Shown piece after piece: positions 49,324-58,003 of a stretch of 64,000 nucleotides of DNA (positions are counted from its first letter, which is position 1; each line of letters opens with the position of its first letter). The notes below the pieces were generated by a model. It was not told the DNA's origin. It was given only the letters and a program-made list of their open reading frames with translations, and did not search any database. The DNA is taken from IMG/VR virus record IMGVR_UViG_3300036901_000073, positions 2,539 through 66,538 of that record; one strand, given 5' to 3'. The translations under genes were made by a program, and so were the position numbers. The DNA comes from a virus.

Positions 49324-51717
49324 TTAGCCGCACGCGCCGTAGGATCGGGACAACACCTTGGTTTGTTTCTCGACTAGGTCGTTGCCTTGCTTCGCTTGTG
49401 CTCCAGCGAAAGCAGCGGCGGCGGCTTGCTGGTCGGTTAAAGCCTTCATCGCGTCGGTAAGTTTTTGCAATAACACAGTGTTCGGATCAACCGAGACCGG
49501 TGTACCATCATCATTCAATTTTGGCGTCCCATCGGATTTCTTCTCTTTGGATTTGTCATCAGCATTCTTGTCATCGAGATAATGAAATGGACTGGAGAAA
49601 GGGTTCAACATTTCCCATATACTTGGACTGCCGCTGGGCGCACCGCCAGGAAGACCGCTGGAGAGTTTGTCTAGGACTTTATCTCCAAAATAAGCGGCTG
49701 CGGCACCGATCAACACGCCAGCAATCGCTCCATATGGCCCCCCTCCTTCCGCGCCCACGCCGCCACCTCTGGCAGCGCCGCCCAGAACTCTCGTCATCAA
49801 CGGCATTTCCATTTGAGCGGTTTCCAGCGCAGTCGCAGCCGTCTGGGCCACAGGCGCAGTCCTGAACATCTTGCTCGCTGCCCGCCCAGTGGCTTTCAGG
49901 GTACGCCAAGTTGTTTTAGGAAACAGTAAACCCAGTATTCCCGCATCTTCCGCGTAATCTTTCATTTTTTCTCCCGTCTCTGTTGACACACCAGGAATGT
50001 GTCTGGATAAAAATGTGAGAAGGTCGTCTATTTTTCCGAGCAAGAATCCTAAGGCGTTGCCTACCCCGATGATCACCGTCGCCAATGCCGACACAGCATT
50101 CAGAAACGCTTGACTTGTGAGCACATTGAACGCATCATAGATGGTACACCCTATTTTGTGAAATATGGTTTTTAAGTTCACTATGAACTCGGGCAGTGCT
50201 TTTCCTTGGGAGAGGCTGGTGATCCATGCGGTCAAGTTCTTCACGCCTTCTTGAAACGATCCTGCACCGAAGGCAATGCCGATCAAATTCATGAAATTAC
50301 CGAGCAGGGTTCCAACGGCGGTCCCCAGCGCCTTCATCATCTTGGTGAATTCTTCCATCCCTTCCTTGGTTTCATCCTTAGGGAAGAAGGCATCGGTAAT
50401 ACTGGCGAGAGCACTGTAAAATCCGTCGAGAAAAGTTCCAGTGATCATTTTGAAACGATGTTCGAGTGTCAGCAGATTCGTTGTTAATCCTTTGGTTACC
50501 TCTTCCTCCGCCTGGAGGCGTTTCTGTTGTATAATATATTTCGCCATGTCGCCTTTGCCCATGGACGCCAGATCAAGGTATACTTGCATCATCGCTCTCG
50601 CATCAGCATTGGTTGGAGCTACCGCTTCTAGCCAAGTCTTTTGCCGCTCAATCGACCTCATGATTTGGAGACGAGCCTTTTCTCCATCTTCTGCCATGTC
50701 GACATTACCAGACAGCATTTTACGTTTAAGGTCGTCGGCCATGCCGACAACATCGCCTAATCCGGTTGCCAGGGCCGCTTTACCAAATTCCGTCATGAAA
50801 GCTCCGCGTGAGGAACCAACGGTCGCGGCGAAAAATTTCGACAATACCGACCCCGTCGAGCCAGGCAACGCGGAAAAATACAGGGTCAACGCATCGAGCG
50901 ACTTCTTTTGCGCAGGCCCGATTTGACCACTGGTCTTGATGAAAAACTGTTCCGTCACGTCGGCAAAGGCGGCGTTCATGTTTTTCATGATTTCGTCACG
51001 AGTTTTTCCGGTGACATCCGACAACACGGCGACATTCTTGATCATCTCGCTGACCGCGTCGCCCTGCTCCTTGTCGGTCATCTGCCCCATGAGTCCGGTT
51101 TGTTTCAGGTTATCGGTATAATCTGCCGTGGCGTCCGACAACTGATCAACGGTCATACCGAGGAAGCCCAACGGCTTCAGATTGTTTCTCACCGCCAACT
51201 GGAGGGCACCCAGGGAATTGGCCGAGGTACCGGTTTGTCGGTCGAGGTATTTTTCGGTCTCGCTGTGCTTCTCGATCATCTTGGTGAATTCGTCGAGCGA
51301 CAGACCTGATGCACCGGCTTGCGCCGCCATGGTGAACATGGAGCCGCCAAACATCTGACCGGCGTTGGCCATCCTGGAGTATGACTTGGTGAGACTTTCG
51401 GCACCCTTGATCAGCCCGTCGATAATGCCACCACCAACGATGGCGGGTATCAATCTCGCGAGCCCGCGCAGGCTATAGACGAAATCATCCATGCCCCCGT
51501 GCATGAGCTTGAGACCGCCGGTCGCGCTCTCAATCGCCCTGGTATGTAGGTTTAACGCGGCGGTGCCAAGTTTCTGGCCGGTGGTCCGCGCCGAGTCGTT
51601 AAAGGATGCCGACGAGGACTTGGTTTGACCACTGAAACCTTTTTTGTGGCCGTTACCTAATCTGACACCTTCTGCCGTCCACTCTATGAACTCGCGTTTA
51701 GTTGGAAAATCAGCCAT
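49324..51717 (-). CDS. tape-measure-like / baseplate hub protein
   Basis: 797 aa, Ala/Gly/Met-rich helical, divergent from gp26-like gene; late box 51742-51747. Confidence 0.6.
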   Translation of the reverse strand: MADFPTKREFIEWTAEGVRLGNGHKKGFSGQTKSSSASFNDSARTTGQKLGTAALNLHTRAIESATGGLKLMHGGMDDFVYSLRGLARLIPAIVGGGIIDGLIKGAESLTKSYSRMANAGQMFGGSMFTMAAQAGASGLSLDEFTKMIEKHSETEKYLDRQTGTSANSLGALQLAVRNNLKPLGFLGMTVDQLSDATADYTDNLKQTGLMGQMTDKEQGDAVSEMIKNVAVLSDVTGKTRDEIMKNMNAAFADVTEQFFIKTSGQIGPAQKKSLDALTLYFSALPGSTGSVLSKFFAATVGSSRGAFMTEFGKAALATGLGDVVGMADDLKRKMLSGNVDMAEDGEKARLQIMRSIERQKTWLEAVAPTNADARAMMQVYLDLASMGKGDMAKYIIQQKRLQAEEEVTKGLTTNLLTLEHRFKMITGTFLDGFYSALASITDAFFPKDETKEGMEEFTKMMKALGTAVGTLLGNFMNLIGIAFGAGSFQEGVKNLTAWITSLSQGKALPEFIVNLKTIFHKIGCTIYDAFNVLTSQAFLNAVSALATVIIGVGNALGFLLGKIDDLLTFLSRHIPGVSTETGEKMKDYAEDAGILGLLFPKTTWRTLKATGRAASKMFRTAPVAQTAATALETAQMEMPLMTRVLGGAARGGGVGAEGGGPYGAIAGVLIGAAAAYFGDKVLDKLSSGLPGGAPSGSPSIWEMLNPFSSPFHYLDDKNADDKSKEKKSDGTPKLNDDGTPVSVDPNTVLLQKLTDAMKALTDQQAAAAAFAGAQAKQGNDLVEKQTKVLSRSYGACG

Positions 51718-51811
51718 AATATATCCATGTGATTATCCCAATATTTATTGGTTGTATAAACTGCGGATATTATCGAGAGATAAATATGGGTATTATTCAA
51801 AGGTCGTTATA

Positions 51812-52660
51812 ATGACAAATCCCATCAAAAATCCGCTCTCGCAGTATTTCAGAAAACCCGGTGTTCACATCAAGTTGCCGACGAATGGCGCGTTCATGCC
51901 AAAAGACAGCGTTGACTTCACCATGAAGGGGGAGGTGCCGGTGTTTCCGATGCGCAGTGCCGACGAGCTTCTGCTGAAGAGCGCGGACGCTCTCATGAAC
52001 GGTTACGCGATGGAAAAGCTCCTGGAAAGCTGCGTGCCAGCCATCGAGTTCCCAAGGCTAATCAGCAGCCCTGACATCGATGCTCTCATGCTGGCCATCC
52101 GAGCCGCCACCTATGGCGAGATCATCGATTTGTCGGTGGAGTGCCCAAGCTGCAAGGAGACCAATGAGGTCAAGCGAAATCTGTCATATCTGATATCCAC
52201 CATGACTTTCGTTGATCCAGAGAATCCGGTGCGTCTGACGGACGAGATCATCCTTTACGTGAAGCCATATAACATGGCCAATGCCGTGGCGTTGGGCATC
52301 ATGTCGTTCGAGGAGACCCGCGCCCTTCAGGCGGTGGAAATGGCATCGCAGGAAGACCGATCAACCCAGATGAACAGCAGCATGCAGCGGCTCGCCGACC
52401 TGACCACGAGCATCATGGCGGATTGCGTCATCAAGGTGGTCGTTCCGAACGATGAGGTATCGGATAAGGAAATGATCCTGCAATTCGTCCAGAACGTCAG
52501 CAAGGAATGGACGGATCGGATACAGGCCAAACTCGATGAGATCAACAAAAAAGGCATCGAGAAGGGCTTTGACATCACATGCGCGTCGTGTGGGCATGAA
52601 TGGAAGTCACTGATCGAATTCGACCCAACAACTTTTTTCGATTCAAGCTCATCACTTTGA
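51812..52660 (+). CDS. baseplate hub subunit (T4 gp26-like)
   Basis: NPLSQYFRKP..IKLPT.G, MRSADELLLK, AIRAATYGE, CPSC...CASCGH, FDPTTFF; late box 51781-51786. Confidence 0.85.
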   Translation: MTNPIKNPLSQYFRKPGVHIKLPTNGAFMPKDSVDFTMKGEVPVFPMRSADELLLKSADALMNGYAMEKLLESCVPAIEFPRLISSPDIDALMLAIRAATYGEIIDLSVECPSCKETNEVKRNLSYLISTMTFVDPENPVRLTDEIILYVKPYNMANAVALGIMSFEETRALQAVEMASQEDRSTQMNSSMQRLADLTTSIMADCVIKVVVPNDEVSDKEMILQFVQNVSKEWTDRIQAKLDEINKKGIEKGFDITCASCGHEWKSLIEFDPTTFFDSSSSL

Positions 52661-52872
52661 CCGACAATGATGAGCTAGTTGAAATGCTCCGTCAGATGAA
52701 ACAGGATCAGATCGACATCAGTTGGATGATGACTCAGATCATGTGGCACATGCGGGGCTCCCTCAGTCGGGAGGAAGCCTGGACCCTATGTCCGGAGGAA
52801 CGTGACGAAATCATGAAGCTGATCAAGGAACACAAGGATGTCAGCGAGAAAAGCGGAATCGCGATGTTCTAA
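52657..52872 (+). CDS. baseplate hub assembly protein (gp51-like)
   Basis: WHMRGSLSREEAW.L..EER motif; TTGA overlap with gp26-like gene. Confidence 0.7.
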   Translation: MTDNDELVEMLRQMKQDQIDISWMMTQIMWHMRGSLSREEAWTLCPEERDEIMKLIKEHKDVSEKSGIAMF

Positions 52873-53390
52873 CCGAACAGTTTCCTGAAGGAAGGCGCGA
52901 ACATGAACCAGATGAACCAAGTGCTGAGCACCATAATGGTCATCGCGACCATGAGCGGGAGTTGCTCCGACACAGAGGTGAGGCCATTGAGTTTCTCCGA
53001 CAGATACCCCGTGCCTTCGCCAATGTAATAGACAAAGAAGCAAATGACGACCATTCGGGCGAACCATTTAGCGCCTCGCGTGTGATCAGTCTCGTCAACT
53101 TCCTCATCGAATTTGGCGCGCTGAATCGCGAATGCCGCCGCGAAATACTTGTCCCAGCACTTTTTGACAATGAACACCATGGCCAAGGCGACGGCGACGG
53201 CGAGCACGAGAGGCATTGGGCTTTCAGGGTCTGCGAAGTATGGCTGGAAAATCTTACAGAGCATGCCCATCCACGCGAAGGGAAGAATGATCAGAAAGCG
53301 TCTGCAAAAGGTCATGATATAGTCGGGAAGTCTCGCGATGGCATGCGAACCCACCAACAGGACGCCAACGATGATGACGAAGCCAATCAT
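52869..53390 (-). CDS. multi-pass membrane protein
   Basis: About five hydrophobic segments; GGGAG SD; TTGACA upstream near 53445. Confidence 0.65.
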   Translation of the reverse strand: MIGFVIIVGVLLVGSHAIARLPDYIMTFCRRFLIILPFAWMGMLCKIFQPYFADPESPMPLVLAVAVALAMVFIVKKCWDKYFAAAFAIQRAKFDEEVDETDHTRGAKWFARMVVICFFVYYIGEGTGYLSEKLNGLTSVSEQLPLMVAMTIMVLSTWFIWFMFAPSFRKLFG

Positions 53391-53449
53391 GAAGCCATCT
53401 CCCTGAAATCGAAGTTCATCCTACCCCAGAACTGGATTTTGTCAAGCAA

Positions 53450-53866
53450 TTGGCCAAAGATATAAATAACGCCATTCACGATCCTCGTGTTATGGATGTT
53501 TGTATGCAGTGTCATATGGATCGCCCGTCTTTGTGGAAACGCTTCCTCAGGACGGTCTGTTGGAGGTTCGCCGCCGACACGAGGTCGCAATGGAATGACT
53601 GGGCGCACCAACTTCCCAGAAGCGCCTTCGTGGTATGGCTGGCCTCTCACGTCGCCGACAACCTGATCGCCAACCGAGGACTGCTGGTGAAGATGGAGGA
53701 CATGATCGAGGCGGTCGATCAGGCGCGTACCGGCATGATCCAGACAGACGCTGAACACTTCATCGAGCGATATTATTTTGGCTACCCATCGTTCGATCCC
53801 CACAAATGCCAGTTGATCGCCATCTTCCGTCGCATCGTGAAACGGAAACTTCGGAAGCACTTATAA
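53450..53866 (+). CDS. hypothetical protein (start uncertain)
   Basis: 138-aa ORF, protein-like C-terminal part. Confidence 0.5.
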   Translation: MAKDINNAIHDPRVMDVCMQCHMDRPSLWKRFLRTVCWRFAADTRSQWNDWAHQLPRSAFVVWLASHVADNLIANRGLLVKMEDMIEAVDQARTGMIQTDAEHFIERYYFGYPSFDPHKCQLIAIFRRIVKRKLRKHL

Positions 53867-54130
53867 CGCTTCCTCGAACTACTTAAGAGATGACCATACC
53901 AGACCAGATGTTCTTCTCTGGTCTTGCCTCATCTCGACACTCGACTTACAGAACTCAATCTCCAAATAGTAATCTTATGTACATCAGTAACCAGAAGAAC
54001 ATGTCTCAAGTAAAAAAATCTGCGTCTTATACTATAGTTTAAATCACATAGTTCTTGCAAATATTACAAAATATTGTACTATATCTGTGTCGATCACTAC
54101 TGCTCTTTGACATGGAAAAGGACGAATGAC

Positions 54131-54661
54131 ATGGAAATGGAAAGCCGCGAGGCGTCCACCGCCCAGCCGCGTCGGTACAAAGGGGTCAACGCGGTCTGGC
54201 CGGACACGTTGCCTCCCCTGACGGCACAGGAAGCGGTCAGCGCCGCGAAACGCCTCTATCGTGCTGGGAGAGGCAAAGCCTTCAAGGGACCGTTCAAGGT
54301 CACCTCGGGGCGGCGCTACACCACGGTCAATCGCAAGGGCGAGTTCCTCGTGAACGCATCTCGTGGCTGGCATGACCTGGTGCATGACATCTCCCACCTC
54401 GTGCATTATCGGATGTATCCCAACCTTGCGCCGCATCATCCCCGCCACATGGAGTTGGAACGAAAACTGGCCGAGATGGCGATCAAATGGCTCGATGGCT
54501 CGCTACGGCGCGAGAAGCCGAAGTCCGATCCCAGGGAGGTTCGCCATCAACGGGTGCTGCTTCGGATCAAAGCCTGGGAGAGCAAACTCAAGCGGGCCGA
54601 GAACGCCCTGAAGAAGCTGTATAAGACCCGCGCGTATTACGAAAAGACGCTTCAACTCTAA
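54131..54661 (+). CDS. hypothetical basic protein
   Basis: AAGGA SD; TTGCAA-N17-TACTAT upstream; HDLVHDISH...H motif, C-terminal coiled coil. Confidence 0.65.
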   Translation: MEMESREASTAQPRRYKGVNAVWPDTLPPLTAQEAVSAAKRLYRAGRGKAFKGPFKVTSGRRYTTVNRKGEFLVNASRGWHDLVHDISHLVHYRMYPNLAPHHPRHMELERKLAEMAIKWLDGSLRREKPKSDPREVRHQRVLLRIKAWESKLKRAENALKKLYKTRAYYEKTLQL

Positions 54662-54668
54662 ATTATGG

Positions 54669-54830
54669 TTGACATTCTCAGCCCACTGAGCCATCATAGC
54701 ATCATGACCTAGATACACCGTCACACTCCGAGCCTATCCAAACCTGCGGACGCAGTCGCTGCGCCCGTGGGATTTTTTGTGCCTATCACACGCCGCCCCA
54801 GGAGGTTCCTGGGGCGGCTTTTTTTGTTTT
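54669..54830 (+). promoter_or_regulatory. promoter plus leader with ATG-ACC-TAG and two terminator-like hairpins
   Basis: TTGACA 54669-54674, CATCAT 54692-54697, ATG 54704; hairpins ~54743-54771 and 54792-54818, each followed by a T run. Confidence 0.6.
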
Positions 54831-54844
54831 CAAGGAGAAAACCA

Positions 54845-55120
54845 ATGTCCAACAGCATGAACTTCGACTGTCTCGCCCGCTACATCGCCTGGCGCGACGA
54901 GAAGCGAATCGAATACAAAGAACTTTCAAAGAAACTGCGGATGCTCAAGCAAGAGATACGCGCGACCATGCGCGCTCACGGTCTGGCCGGTGAGATGCAG
55001 AATTCCCTGATTACTCTGAAATCCGACGCGACCGCGATCATGGAGGAACGTCTCGTCGCCAAGCAGATCGCCCGTGACTCATGGGAACAATGGCGGGGAG
55101 ATAAACGCCAGGCGGCATGA
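54845..55120 (+). CDS. small coiled-coil hypothetical protein
   Basis: AAGGAG SD, 91 aa. Confidence 0.65.
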   Translation: MSNSMNFDCLARYIAWRDEKRIEYKELSKKLRMLKQEIRATMRAHGLAGEMQNSLITLKSDATAIMEERLVAKQIARDSWEQWRGDKRQAA

Positions 55121-55242
55121 ACAGTTCGGAGAGATCGTATCTCTCCCGAACTAAAATCAAAATTTTTGACTTGTGTTCGTGTGGAGCGCGTTGATATATT
55201 GGTCCATCTGATTACGCACACTTAAGTTCAAAAGGAACACAG

Positions 55243-55740
55243 ATGGGATACCCTTTTATCATCGCCTATGATGGCGACGAATTCGCTCGGGTCAATCATG
55301 ACGGCAAATGGTCGGTGGATTGGACGAAGACGCTCAATTATCGGTTCGAGCCTTTGACCCCGCGCAACGCGGCGGTGGTGGCCTTCGCCGTGGCTCTGAT
55401 GGCGGCGAAGGACAATTTCTTCCTGACCCCATGGCAGGCTTCGGAAGACAGCAAGGACACGTGGCCGCACAAGTCACAGACGCTTGACGTGGAAGCTAAT
55501 GAACCAGAGGTGGGTTCCGTGCGCGGTAATTTCGCGTTGTCGTCGATGGGCGTCACCGCCGCGCGTGTGAACTATGATGGCTCATGGTCGGTTAACTGGC
55601 CAACCGTGGTCGAACTGGCGCGCGAGCCGCTGTCGAATTACAAGACTTTGGCGGTCATCGCGTTCTGTCAGATGATGATGGCGGCGAAGGATCGCTTTCG
55701 CACAGCCGCGTGGAATCTTCCGGTCATCGACGATGAATAA
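55243..55740 (+). CDS. hypothetical protein with an internal two-domain repeat
   Basis: ARVN.DG.WSV.W...AV.AF...MAAKD.F occurs twice. Confidence 0.65.
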   Translation: MGYPFIIAYDGDEFARVNHDGKWSVDWTKTLNYRFEPLTPRNAAVVAFAVALMAAKDNFFLTPWQASEDSKDTWPHKSQTLDVEANEPEVGSVRGNFALSSMGVTAARVNYDGSWSVNWPTVVELAREPLSNYKTLAVIAFCQMMMAAKDRFRTAAWNLPVIDDE

Positions 55741-56089
55741 TTTCGTTACCTGTAGAAAATGTGGCTGGGTCCATATGGGTCGGACCCGGCTGGAATCCGA
55801 GGAAGCGGTGGCGAGCTTCAACAAGTACTTTGACGGGTTGACCCGCGAGCAGCAGAACAACTACGCGCCGCTCATTTGGGTCGATGGCAAGTATGAATAT
55901 GGCGAACCACGTAAGGCATCCATCACGACCTACGAGCATTGCATGAGTTGTGGCGGTTCCTATGTGAATTTCCGCGCCACCGAAGAAGGCGATTGTCCTG
56001 ACGGCGTGACCATCAATCCGATCCTGCATTATGATGAACCTCTGAGGTTAAATGACATCAATGACGCCGGAACGAATCGCGATACTTGA
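55733..56089 (+). CDS. zinc-ribbon hypothetical protein
   Basis: CRKCGWVH...CMSCGG. Confidence 0.65.
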   Translation: MNNFVTCRKCGWVHMGRTRLESEEAVASFNKYFDGLTREQQNNYAPLIWVDGKYEYGEPRKASITTYEHCMSCGGSYVNFRATEEGDCPDGVTINPILHYDEPLRLNDINDAGTNRDT

Positions 56090-56193
56090 ATATTGTGTGG
56101 AAATCTTGAAGACGGTACAACAAACTGACGAAACAAGAAAATCGCTTCGTAGAGTCAGACGTAAAATTCGCAATTTGAAACGAAAAGTATTGC

Positions 56194-56457
56194 ATGAGGA
56201 TTCTGAACAAACACCGTGACATCATCCCCGCCGACGCGATCTACATCGGGAGAGGTTCTAAATGGGGCAATCCGTTCATCATCGGCAAGGATGGCGACCG
56301 GGCCGAGGTCATCGAGAAATATTGCCACTGGATTTGTGCCAACACGGAATTGTTGAGCCATCTGCACGAGTTGGTAGGCCATGATCTATGGTGTTTTTGC
56401 AGGCCCTTTTTGTGCCATGGAGATGCACTGATGATACTGTTGGAAACTGAACCCTAA
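56194..56457 (+). CDS. DUF4326-family protein
   Basis: IYIGRGSKWGNPF...L.G.DLWCFC.P..CHGD. Confidence 0.85.
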   Translation: MRILNKHRDIIPADAIYIGRGSKWGNPFIIGKDGDRAEVIEKYCHWICANTELLSHLHELVGHDLWCFCRPFLCHGDALMILLETEP

Positions 56458-56541
56458 AAATGGTAATATCATGACTGATACATACTGCGGGAGGAACCTA
56501 AAGGGCACCACTACACGGCATCTACTGACAGCCATTGCAAT

Positions 56542-56615
56542 GCTCGCGTAGTTTAGTGGCAAAACGCCTGATTCTAGATCAGGCTTCCTGGGTTCGATCC
56601 CCGGTGCGAGCGCCA
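56542..56615 (+). tRNA. amber suppressor tRNA, anticodon CTA
   Basis: Full cloverleaf: acceptor GCTCGCG/TGCGAGC, anticodon arm CCTGA-TTCTAGA-TCAGG, GGTTCGATCC T loop, G73, encoded CCA. Confidence 0.88.
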
Positions 56616-56647
56616 AACTCCCAGTACCCGCCATTAAAGGTGACATT

Positions 56648-57169
56648 ATGTTCGTCAAGTTCGCGACGCTCGTGCAGCTTCGAGCGTCGGCGGTCCTCGT
56701 GGTCTCAACATTCCAGACCGCGAGCAAGCCATGCCCCATAACCCCGCCCAGAAGCCAGTATCTGGATCGGGTGCCGATTTCCGGGGCGAAGGGTCGATAT
56801 TGCTACTACTGCAACACTTACATGCAGAAGAGCAACAAGTCAGGTGTCCAGAGCCCTACCACCAAGAGCATGGATCACATCCTGCCGCGATGCGTTGGCA
56901 CCATTCCGCGCAGCCTGGACATGGATCGCTTCAACAAGAGGCCGTGTTGCTCCGACTGCAATTCCTTTCGCAGTACCCTCGGCCATTGCGCCGGTCTGCT
57001 GATGATGACCATCATCGAAGGTCAACGACGCGGCATCGATAAGCGGGAAGCCGCCATCCTCCTCGGCATCCTTCGCAGTAAGGCGGAACGCAAGCGGCTC
57101 AAACGGCAGCGGTACTTATTGCGTCGAGGGTTTGGGATTCAACTGGAGTTTGAGTTTCAATCCTTGTAG
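56648..57169 (+). CDS. HNH endonuclease (paralogue 2)
   Basis: CYYC...DHILP...LDMDRFNKRPCCSDCN; paralogue of 29881..30300. Confidence 0.8.
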   Translation: MFVKFATLVQLRASAVLVVSTFQTASKPCPITPPRSQYLDRVPISGAKGRYCYYCNTYMQKSNKSGVQSPTTKSMDHILPRCVGTIPRSLDMDRFNKRPCCSDCNSFRSTLGHCAGLLMMTIIEGQRRGIDKREAAILLGILRSKAERKRLKRQRYLLRRGFGIQLEFEFQSL

Positions 57170-57531
57170 ATGTCGACACCGAATGCGATGACACTGGCGC
57201 GCAGGATCGCCGCCGTCTGATTGCTGAGTTCTTTTGAGCGTTGTGGTTTTTCGCGCGTCACTTCCCAGAAACAGAAGAAATCCATCAACGTCACGCCCGC
57301 CGCCTTGGCCTTGGCCGGAAGATCGAGACGCGGCAGTTTCAGAATGTCGATCAGTTCGAGAACATGCGGCTCAAGATCATCACTGATCGTGCTGGATTCG
57401 ATCCACCAGCAATCACCCCTTGGCCCGCTGTGGAATTCGGTGGGCTGGACACCAAAATACTCGGTCCACTCGGATTCGTTCAACGAACTTCCACCGATTC
57501 GAAATGACGCGAACGCGAGCCGATGCTCCAT
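57157..57531 (-). CDS. DUF4279-like protein
   Basis: ASFRIGG....EWTEYFGVQPT...WWIES...FGVDIY pattern. Confidence 0.6.
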   Translation of the reverse strand: MEHRLAFASFRIGGSSLNESEWTEYFGVQPTEFHSGPRGDCWWIESSTISDDLEPHVLELIDILKLPRLDLPAKAKAAGVTLMDFFCFWEVTREKPQRSKELSNQTAAILRASVIAFGVDIYKD

Positions 57532-57603
57532 CTTTAATCTCCGATCCGGCTTCCATCTCCGGTACACCCTATTATAACCGGTGCTCGTTTGAAAGGACAA
57601 AAA

Positions 57604-57873
57604 ATGGCACATCATCCAGGAACCGTCGAAGGCTGGAACGGCAGCCTGCACGAACTCGCTATGGCCATCGGCAACATGCGGTACGATACGCAAGCGGATT
57701 TCATCCAGTTACTGACCGAGGAATTCGAGCGGCAATCCAGAGCGGACCATGACAGTGGCAGAAACCAACTGTCGGCGCGACTGGATCACGTCGCGGCTCA
57801 CCTTGACTGGGCCAGGGTCGATCTGATGATGGCGTGGCGTATCTGCGAGCCCTTCATGGAAGACACCACGTGA
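57604..57873 (+). CDS. hypothetical protein
   Basis: AAGGA SD; ELA..IGNMRYD...AWRICEPFM. Confidence 0.65.
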   Translation: MAHHPGTVEGWNGSLHELAMAIGNMRYDTQADFIQLLTEEFERQSRADHDSGRNQLSARLDHVAAHLDWARVDLMMAWRICEPFMEDTT

Positions 57874-57967
57874 AGGCCATCGTCCCTCTCATCTGTTTGC
57901 TAGTTCATGATGTTATCGAACTAAATTTTAAATTTCAAGTCATTGACAATGCGTTCTGGCGTCCAAT

Positions 57968-57998
57968 GTTCCTATGACTTAACACAAGTCATAGGAAC
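57968..57998 (+). promoter_or_regulatory. 13-bp perfect hairpin sequestering the SD of the gene at 58004
   Basis: GTTCCTATGACTT-aacac-AAGTCATAGGAAC. Confidence 0.6.
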
Positions 57999-58003
57999 TA
58001 TAC

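Noticed and set aside
56471-56551. 26-codon ORF ending at a TAG inside the suppressor tRNA
   Set aside because: No clear SD; TAG at tRNA positions 8-10 is a common structural feature, so likely coincidence
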